From Octopus vulgaris (lineage: Eukaryota), in NCBI GenBank assembly GCA_951406725.2, contig OX597819.1, positions 36,704,001-36,768,000 on the forward strand: a DNA stretch of 64,000 nucleotides, written 5' to 3'. This document shows, one piece after another, positions 54,473-64,000 of the stretch; positions within the stretch are counted from its first letter, which is position 1, and the number at the start of each line of letters is the position of its first letter. A program made the translations under genes and the position numbers. The notes below the pieces were generated by a model that saw only the letters and a program-made list of their open reading frames with translations, did no database searches and was not told the DNA's origin.

Positions 54473-55399
54473 CCTAGAGAAGGTTATTGGAATTTTATAA
54501 ACAAAATGTTGTTTGCTTCTGTGATGGCATACGATAATTAAAGTGGTGCGGCAAAAGCTAGACCAAAGGAAGCTTTCTGAATGATTATGCGAACAATGTT
54601 TGTACTATGTAAAAGAAAAGTATTGAAAACGTGAAGCTAAGATCTTCCTCATTGCAGCAACTGACTAGTCTATTACATTCAACAGGTTGTGTATTTATAA
54701 TTTGTAAAATAGTGAAAAACATAAACACTATATCGGCACACACCCACTTTTAACTAATGGCTACCTTCTGGAATAAACTACTATCAATCCAAGAGAAAAG
54801 TTTTGACTAATGTTAGCGACCTGACCGAAAGAAATCAGTAAACTATGCCAGTAGTTGGCGAATGTGTGCTTTAAATTGCATATTGTCGGAACAACCATTA
54901 TTCGACGAATACTTGCTAAAGCATCCATTAGAAACTAGGCGATATTTCCCATACAGGTGTTTGAAAATGTCGATGATTTCCAAGGAAGTATTGATATTTA
55001 TACTAAAAGATGTTCTCTATCCAAAACTAAAAATAAACCAAGGATAATTTAATGAAAATTATGAAACTGTTCAACGAGTGGTATAAAGTGAAAAAAAAAA
55101 ATTTTAATTGACTAAGCATCCAATTGTTCACTTGACTTCATGTTAAAATACAAGTATAAATGCAACGTAAAATGTATAATGAATAATGAGGCAGTAAATG
55201 AAGAGTTGCACAGTTACACACAGACTGCGAATTCCCAAGGAAATTATTGGTTAATTCTCTGAATTTTGTTAGACGGCATTCAGACTGTATTTCTTAAATT
55301 CCACTGCATTGAACTTTTACTCAGAGTTTAAACGGTGTTAAGTAAATTCTACAATATATTTTATCTGACACTCTACTAATTCACCGTGCTTCATAATAT

Positions 55400-56440
55400 C
55401 ATTTCTACTATAGACACCACACCTAAAATTTGAGATAGTCGATTATATCGACACCAGTGATCAACTGGTACTTTTTTTATCAACCCCGAAAGGATGAAAA
55501 GTAAAGTTGACCTCGGCGAAATTTGAACTCAGAACGTAAAGACACACAAAATGTCGTTCAAAGTTCAGATTTTGCCGGAGTCGACTCGAGATCGATGAAA
55601 TAAGTGCCAGTTGAGCACTGGGGTCGATGTAATCGACTAGGTCCCCACCCACCTCCGAAACTCTTGGCCTTGTGCCAAAATTTGAAACCAATATAACCAA
55701 ATATTGAATTTGCACTCAGAAATTAAAAACGGACAAAAATACCACTAAACATTTTGTCCGGTCTGCTAAAGTATCTGCTAGTTCGCTACCTTACTCAGCC
55801 ATCATAATATCGTCAGCAATATTTATTTCATTATTGCCCACAGGGGGCTAAATATAGAGGGGACAAACAAGAACAGACAAATGGGATTAAGACGATTACA
55901 TCGATCCCAGTACGTAACTGGTACTTATTTAATCGACCCCGAAAGGAATTTGAACTCAGCGGCGGAATTTGAACTCAGAACGTAACGGCAGACGAAATAC
56001 CTATTTCTTCACTACCCACAAGGGGCTAAACACAGAAGGGACAAACAAGGACAGACAAACGGATTAAGTCGATTATATCGACCCCAGTGCGCAACTGGTA
56101 CTTATTTAATCGACCCCGAAAGGATGAAAGGCAAAGTCAACCTCGGCGGAATTTGAATTCAGAACGTAACGGCAGACGAAGTCCAGCATGGTAACGCTTC
56201 TGCCAGCTCGCCGCCCCATATCATCAATAATATTATTGAGTGTTAAGGTGGTGAACTGGCAGAATCGTTAGTACGCCGGGCTAAATTCCTAGCGGCATTT
56301 CGTCTGTCTTTATGTTCTGAGTTGAAATTCCCCCGTTTCGGGGTCGGTAAAATAAATACCAGTTCATCATTTGAATAAATGTAATCGATTATCGTCCCCG
56401 CCTTCAATTGTTGGCTTAGTGTCAAAATTTGAAACCAATG
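55400..56440. mobile_element. Cluster of SINE group A copies in both orientations, including a minus-strand dimer at about 55825-56216
   Basis: Repeated group A body and tail motifs. Confidence 0.85.
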
Positions 56441-57644
56441 TTCCCGAATGTTGTCACAAAGTACTATGTCAACCAACAAGATGTTAAGCTGGAGAAAGTA
56501 CAAAATTACTTGAAATTGTTCGTCTTTCCTACAATACTAAATGTAAAAAAATAAATACAGTATATGTTGTGATATATCGATTCTCTTTCGAAATACATTA
56601 AGAAGAGAAGAAAGATTTCTTTATATGAAAAGGTCAATTAGAAAAACAAACGATTTGGGACTGAAAAGTCTAATGACCTTTCGGAAAGTAATGATATTTG
56701 TCGGATTAATTGAATTTTTAAAACACTCGCACTTAACACTGTCGTTATTTAATTAATTATTTTCGTTCTATTTCTTGAGTTATTCTTATCTGTGACCACG
56801 TTTTTCCTATAAAACGCTTAGTTTTATATCTCCACTTGCAATACAACCACTAACTAAGCTACGAGCAAATCTTATATTTTACTTTAAAATTGTCGTGTAA
56901 AATAATGATAAGCATTTTGAACTGCTGCAACATGTATAATATACAAATATTTAATAATTGTCAAAACAGCATTTATCAGTATACTTAAGTGTAATAAAGT
57001 AGCAATAAAGTCTACATTTTTCTTTTCATTATGGAATACTTTGCACAAATATCCGTATCCAGAATAAAATTGTGACAGAAATAATTTTTAAAAACTGTTT
57101 AACGTACTTAAAATGCTAATATAGTAATTTGTTCACATTAATAGTTATTGTTGCTGTTTTAAATAGTGAACAAATTATACTATTTAGTATTCAATAATTA
57201 TATCAAATTTTCAGTGCAGAGTGAGGTTTAATTTATTGTGCATAACCAAATTTGTAAAATGTTTCTTCCTCTGTATAAACTACATATTTCAGAAAACAGT
57301 TGGCTTGTTATAAGGAAATAGACGAGTCCATTCTTTCAAGTATTCTGACCCCACTCTACGGCAATGGGTTCTGTCTGAAATGTTAAACTTTTCTTCTTCC
57401 CATTCATCGACTTTATATTCACTAATTATTGACACAAACCATCACTACTTACTTTAGACCCTAGTCTTTATATATTTTTATAAATCAGTATATATTTCTG
57501 AATCTTCTTCTCCAGTTAGCACCTCTTTTGTAGAAATTGAAAATAATAATCAAAAGGAAACTCATGTTAGCTACGGTCATGAATTTGGATAAAAAATGTG
57601 GATAAAATTCGGAGAAAAAATTTGGATAAAAGACGTGACACATG

Positions 57645-58198
57645 CGTTTCTACTCAAGGCACAAGGCCTGAAATTTTGGGGGAGGGGGCGAGTCGATTAG
57701 ATCGACACCAGTACGCAAATGGTATTTAATTTATCGACCCCGAAAGGAATTTGAACTCAGAACGTAGACAGACGAAATACCTATTTCTTTACTACCCACA
57801 AGAGGCTAAACGCAGAGAGGACAAACAAGGACAGGCAAACGGATTAAGTCGATTATATCGACCTCAGTGCATAACTGGTACTTATTTAATCGACCCCGAA
57901 AGGATGAAAGGCATAGTCGACCTCGGCGGAATTTGAACTCAGAACGTAGCGGCAGACGAAATACCTATTTCTTTACTACCCACAAGGGGCTAAACACAGA
58001 GAGGACAAACAAGGACAGACAAAGGGATTAAGTCGATTATATCGACCCCAGTGCGTAACTGGTATTTATTTAATCGACCCCGAAAGGATGAAAGGCAAAG
58101 TCGACCTCGGCGGAATTTGAACTCAGAACGTAACGGCAGACGAAATACCGCTTAGCATTTCGCCCGGCGTGCTAACGATTCTACCAGCTCGCCGCCTT
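57645..58198 (-). mobile_element. SINE group A trimer with a chimeric 3' end
   Basis: Three body units; TSD-like aaga(c/t)gtgaca(c/t)atg at 57630-57644 and 58199-58213. Confidence 0.88.
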
Positions 58199-58607
58199 AA
58201 GATGTGACATATGGCACTGAATTCTCCTTCTCGATGGAAATTTAATACAAAAACCAGAAATTTCTAGAAACTGATATTATAACTTATGATCTTTATATTT
58301 ACATATATTCTTTTGTTTAAAATATTTTCTATGCTATTACGCTTATTACGTACTAGCCACTTATTCGTGCGGATGGGGTACTGTATTGTTGGTAGTTATT
58401 TTACTGGTGTCTATTTTATCAACCCCAGAATTATGAAATCAATGATGACTTCAATGGGATTAGAACCTAGACGTAACTTTTAGGTGTTTGATCCTGCAAA
58501 CGTTGACGTTACTTTTCATACTTACAAATGTCGGTATATAAAGTACCACTCAAAAATTGGTATCGATCATAAATGGCTCTTTCTTGCTCCTTTACTTGAT
58601 GGTGGAC

Positions 58608-58822
58608 AGCAGCGAGCAGGGAGAATCATTAGCACGCCAGCCAAAATGCTTAGCAGCAATTCGTCCTTCTTTATGTTCTGAGTTCAAATTCGACTTTGCC
58701 TTTCTTCCTTTCAGGGTCGATAAAATATGTACCAGATGGGTCCTGGTTACATATTACATAATGTAATTGAATTCCCCATCCCCAGAATTTTCAGACCTTG
58801 TCCCTTTAGTAGAAAGGAATAT
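58608..58822 (+). mobile_element. Diverged SINE group A
   Basis: gaatcattagcacgcc...cgactttgcctttc. Confidence 0.75.
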
Positions 58823-59500
58823 TTGATGGTGCGTGTCTAAATTAAAATTTGGTATTTAATCCATCTCTTTATCGTTTAAGCTATGAAAATTGTATTTAAG
58901 TTTAAGTCAATCTCGAGACTACAAGCCCATTTGACCAGAGGTTTTTCTCTTTTTTCCGCGCTGTTTAAACGACACGGAGCACAATACACATCACCACAAG
59001 AGATACTCATTAGTGTTTGTTTCTTAAAACAAATGAACACATGAATACAACGTTTAATGTTTCTCAGGATGTTTGTGAAAATTGGAAAAATTAATTAGCC
59101 ACACAGAATTCTTAATTGTAATGGACAGTGTATTTAAGCAACAAATTAATTAGTTTACAGTTCTTCTAAACTTAAGGCTCTCAAACTGTGCACCGTAAGG
59201 GGTATCTAGATGTGATGCGGGTTTTGAAATATAATTTAAGGTTTTAGAAAATCAATATTAATGCTTAAAACTTTTGAAAGAAAAAAAATTGTTATTCATA
59301 ATATTAAATCGTACTTGTTCGACACAAATATGATTTATAAAACAAATTAAGTAGCAGGCTTCCAAAGATTTTTTCTCCTTTTGTTTACAGTTTTCCATAT
59401 GAAATATGCCAGTAATTGCTTTAACTGCTCCACAGTGTACCGTGCGATCAAAAGTATGGAGAAACTTCGTTGTAGACAACCAAGTTTTATAAGTCCCAAT

Positions 59501-59573
59501 TGTTGAGAATTGGAACTTTAGAGCGCTGGAGTAAATGTTGAGAACTGGAACTTTAGAGCGCTGGAGTAAATGT
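59501..59573. repeat. 35-bp tandem duplication
   Basis: tgttgagaa(t/c)tggaactttagagcgctggagtaaa x2. Confidence 0.95.
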
Positions 59574-59717
59574 CATTATGTGAAAATATTATACCAGAGA
59601 GCTTTTTAAAGAACTAAATATATACGTTAATACCTAATCTTGATATTAGGGTCAACTTAATCAATTACATCGCTACATAACTCTTTAATTCTTGAACGAA
59701 TTCTGGCAAGTTATTTT

Positions 59718-60076
59718 GGTTCTTTTCGGTTTGAACGGCAATTTTTTCTAGCAGTGTCGTATGAAATTGTCACCCATAATTATGACGCTAGTATCGATCT
59801 ATTGCATTTCAATCTATTTTAGGGTTAGGGTTAGTTAGGGTTAGGATTAGGGTTAGGAGGGGTATCTTTTTTTCTCCTCAATAGACGTATTTGATTGGTT
59901 GAAATTGCAGAAATTGTAGAAAAAGAACAATAAATATATTACAAACTATAGAATTTTCTCTATAAAACCAAGAGAAAAAGATGTTTTATAAACACATTCT
60001 ACCAGGATACGAAGTTTGAAATTTTTTAGTTACCTAGAAATTATGTTAAAAACTGCCTTTCAAACCGAAAATATCC
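59718..60076 (-). mobile_element. Internally deleted telomeric-repeat MITE copy
   Basis: Same TIRs and (TTAGGG)n as 17914-18343; no TSD seen. Confidence 0.88.
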
Positions 60077-60415
60077 GAGATGAGCGCTTAACTGCACTGT
60101 GAGACAAAAAACACAATAGATACGGCGCCCTATATTAATATACAGTAACAGTTTTGTTCATTATGCTTTTGTGGTATACCACTGAGTATACCTTGCTTTT
60201 GTGTGCGTCCGAAACTCATCCCAATATTATCATAGTACACATCTTTTTTAGGAACTGGTCATCAAACTCATGTTAAAAATGCAGTAATATGTGAAAACAT
60301 AGTGACAGCCAATTAATTAATCAATAGATCGAACTCCATTAATACATTATATCTGATTCGATGTTAAGTAACAACACATAAAGATTTATATACTACACAC
60401 ACACACACACACCGC

Positions 60416-60473
<58 letters not shown>

Positions 60474-60477
<4 letters not shown>

Positions 60478-60675
60478 AGAGTTTACGAAAACAACAACAA
60501 AAGACGAAGACAGGTGGTGTACAAAACAAACAGATGTATTAGTATAACGCTCAGGAATAGAAAAAGTCTTTTACGTTTCGAGCCTACGCTCTTCTACAGA
60601 AAGGGACACAGAAAACAAGGAGAGAAACAAGGAGAGAACAAAAATGTGTGTAGTGGCTAACGATCTATCATGGCG
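60474..60675 (-). mobile_element. Small repeat carrying a minimal hammerhead-like motif (60568-60603)
   Basis: CTTT-CTGTAGA-A-GAGC(gtag)GCTC-GAAACGTA^AAAG; adjacent to (TA)n. Confidence 0.65.
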
Positions 60676-62867
60676 TCTGATTTTATGTATATATATGCAC
60701 ATGTGTATGTGTTTGTGTGTAACGTGTATGTGGTAGCAAGCTTTACAAACTTTCATTTAACTGTTATGTACACCTCTGCAGAATGTTGTCATTAGTTGCC
60801 GTAAGGTAAACATTTTAGACTAGTTTCATGAACACTAATGAATGCTGTCATCTAAGTATAAAAACCGACTTTACGAAGCCTTCAGCTGTTAATTCTGAAA
60901 TGAAGTACTTATATCAAAATACAAAAACTTTCACCGCAAATACGTGTGCTCGTTATCATATACTTGTTTATTTGCGAAAATGTATGTCCATGCGCGTGCG
61001 TGCTGGCTTGCGTGTGCGTGTGCGTGCGTGTTTGTGTGTTTGTGTGTGTGTGTATGTGTGTGTGTGTGTGTGTGCAAGGTGTCAGGTTTATATAGTTTTG
61101 CTTAAAGGTTTCACATGTCTGAACAGATCCAATAAGAACAAAATATCAACAATTGATGCAATTCTCTTGTCTGATAGCCTGGTATTGAATGTGATGTTAT
61201 TTTAGAGATATTAGTGCTTTGTACACACACACACACTCCAGCATCTACCATATATGTGTGTATTAAAGACGCTCATGTATTACTTTAGTTTACCATAATT
61301 GTTGTATTTATTATTTGTACCGTTTAGCCCCAAATCAACCATGGCCAAGCAGATATTAACTAAAAAGCATTCCGGCAGTGTCCTCCTGTCCTTATAAGTG
61401 TATCTATAAGAGTACATTACTTAAGGTTACCATGGCTTATCTCAGTATCTTCTACTATAACTGTAGATAAATTTAGAGTTTTGTGAGTGAAATTTGATGG
61501 AAAGGAACTAAATGGAAGCTTGTCAGGTGGACAACGTTCCAGTTTTCCCTCCTTATTTATCTTTTTTATTCAGGAAGAAAGGCAATGTCTCTGACATATT
61601 ACAGAAAGTGAGATTGTAGGGAGAAAGAAGATATGCTCAAACCCGAGATCTGCCACGAATGGTTGCAGTAGAGTGGACTCCGTTAAAGGTACCCGAGCAG
61701 GCAGGTGATGTTGTTAAAACCTGGATAGAAATTAAGTCTTCCTCCATCACTGTATAGACCATGGCGAGATTTAAACGCAGAATGCAAATAGTCGGATCAA
61801 ATATCGCAAAGCATCCTAATCGACGGTTTTGCAATTCTTCCAGTCTTACGGTTTGGATTGATGTTTTTGATTTATCAACTCTAAAAGAATATACATTTAA
61901 GTTCATCTCGGGCAATTCGCTACCTCGGTGTTAGATTTAATACGTCTCTCATTTTAACACCACCATTCGGCCTGTGCGTGTCTTTAGAGGAATCTACTTC
62001 ATTGAAAGTATATGAACTAGCACACCGATGTGATAGCTTCCTCTTTTCCAGCTACTAGTTTTAGGGATTCTGAGAAATGGGTCATCATTGCTGCGTTTCT
62101 TCCTGTAACTAAACCATAAAAGACAATTCCCAACCAAACAGACACATTAATATAATAATGCCAACATAACGACTATATTTATTCTCTCTATAAAATTAGC
62201 CTCGAAAGTGTTATGTTTATTCAGCCTAACCTTTCCCTCTCTCTTCTGTCGAAACAATAACTAAAGAAACTAAATCCAAATATGTCAGTTCCCTAAGGGT
62301 CACTACTATGTTCTAGAAGTGCAGTTAAACTATAAACTCCTAAGCTAAAAGGCAGTTTGCAAGTTTTCAAAACATCTATTGAAACTAATAAAGTTTATGA
62401 ACTAAATTTCTGTGTAGAAGTAAATTAAATTCAAATTGCTTTTCCACATATATCTGACCGAATAGACTATATTATCCAATCAACTGTCATGGCCTACAGA
62501 CACAACATTAGGAATTTCCTTGCTATAACTTAATTTTCTCAACCAAACAACATCAATTTGTGTGTTTATGTAGTCTGCATGAAAGTGTGTGTGACAACAT
62601 ATTTATGTGTATTTGTGCTGTGGAACTCATGTGTGAGTTTAGGGCTGATGTATACGCAGCGTGGTAGCATTTCTGTGTCCGTGTATCATTTTTATATTAA
62701 AGCATATTTGATGGCCATGGCACTTAAAGATTTTTACACACATGCACATGTGCGTGCACAAATGTGAAATATATGTATATTCATTCACACACACACACAC
62801 TCGAGTGTGTAAGTGTGTGTGCATGTGTGTGTGCGCGTGTGCGTGTGTGCGCATGTGCGTGTGTGCT

Positions 62868-63110
62868 AAGGCGCGTAGCCTAACAGACGTATAGCATTCA
62901 CGATTGCGAAACCGTGGTTTCGATTCCTAGACCGGCTGCGCGTTGTGTTCTTGAGCAAAACATTTCATTCCACTTTGCTCTAATCCACTCAGCCGTAAAT
63001 GACTAAACCTTGCGACGGGACCTTCTGATCAGAGGGAAAGTTGGCTTGCTCACCTAGCCATCGAGGTGCCATCATTGGAACTCTAAAATTATACAAAGTG
63101 CTTTTATATG
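62868..63110 (+). mobile_element. SINE group C variant
   Basis: ggtttcgattcc, gttgtgttcttgagcaaaaca, ttgcgacggga, then a tail like that of 52575. Confidence 0.75.
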
Positions 63111-63580
63111 TGATCAATTTATGGCAACTACTGAACATTTTTATGCAAAATCTCTGTACGCCATCATGTCCTGCTGCTTATCTTTTTACTCATAATTATG
63201 ATACTGTCTTCAATGAAGTGGATAGTCTCCTACTGGGCATAAGTAGCTATTTGGTTCAGGCTGCAGAGCCATTCAGCTGTAGTATTATGTTGTTCTTGCA
63301 TACTCCATAACTTATACCAAGAAAAAGTTGACTTTCATCAGCATCAGGGACTAATCTTTCATGTTTTTCATCATCATTAATCTCTTGGTAAAATCTTTTT
63401 TGATCGGTTCTAAACAATTTGTTTTGCTGTTATTGCTTAATCCGTTGTTCAAACTTAGTTAGCTTTGCATATTTTGCAAGTATGCTCTGCTTCAGTTCTT
63501 CAATTACAACATTCAGACCTTTTGTTTCTACACCATATTTCTTCCTAACTTTTTCGAATTTCCATTGTCTTAATTTATTT
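63110..63580 (-). pseudogene. R4/Dong-like non-LTR retrotransposon fragment (region before and at the start of RT)
   Basis: KKYGVETKGLNVVIEELKQSILAKYAKLTKFEQRIKQ*QQNKLFRTDQKRFYQEI...PDADES..W..LW....HNTTAEWL...AAGHDGVQRFCIKMF. Confidence 0.8.
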
Positions 63581-63643
63581 CGTTTTGGGATTTGGTTTGC
63601 AAGATTCTTTATATGAGTTCGTGTGTTGAAGCATATTCTGTTG

Positions 63644-63846
63644 TGTCTGGGGAGAGTCGTTCTCTTTTAGTGCCTTATAATTTAACACACTCACCGGTAA
63701 AATTTCCACTTATTTCTTTTTTATCTTTCCAAAATTTTCGTTGCGTCTTGCAAACTTTTCAATAGTTTTGAGTCAAATAAGTGGAAATTTTACCGATGAG
63801 TGTATTAAATTATAAGGCACTAAAAGAGAATGACTCTCCCCAGACA
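63644..63846. repeat. Foldback with ~72-bp arms
   Basis: 63644-63716 is inverted relative to 63775-63846. Confidence 0.9.
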
Positions 63847-63899
63847 AAACATTCAGTCTTAAATTCTTCATTTCTTTTCCTGACGAGTATTGACACTAC

Positions 63900-64000
63900 A
63901 GGTGGCAGAATCGTTAGCGAGTTAAACGAAATACTTAGCGGAATTTTGCCCGTTGCTGCATTCTGATTTCAAATTCTGCCGAAGTCGACTTTGCCTTCCA
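63900..64000 (+). mobile_element. SINE group A, cut by the window end
   Basis: tggcagaatcgttagc...gtcgactttgcctt. Confidence 0.8.

Noticed and set aside
57645-58198. CRISPR-like array
   Set aside because: Units are ~180-bp SINE bodies without unique spacers; eukaryotic context, no cas genes

Overview
AT-rich, repeat-dense eukaryotic DNA. The tRNA-derived SINE families, the very high microsatellite load and the (TTAGGG)n-type repeats suggest an animal, probably an octopus (recognised from repeat content, not database-checked). The window looks intronic or intergenic. Almost all six-frame ORFs are microsatellite or SINE artefacts. Recognisable contents: three tRNA-SINE groups (many copies, some multimeric, several with target-site duplications); a 5'-truncated Penelope-like element (PLE) with a GIY-YIG remnant; two dead mariner elements; R4/Dong-like and CR1/L2-like LINE relics; and five copies of a MITE with GGATC termini and internal telomeric repeats (8-bp TSDs on two copies). 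The most notable signal is a set of type I hammerhead ribozyme (HHR) motifs from at least four unrelated small repeat families. One family has a PLE pseudo-LTR built as tRNA-like Pol III head + (AAT)n + HHR + tail, and it also occurs as an ORF-less TSD-flanked unit. A speculative minus-strand host gene (exons 52046-52070 and 14677-14768) would encode a signal peptide. All structures were read by eye; nothing was computed or searched.
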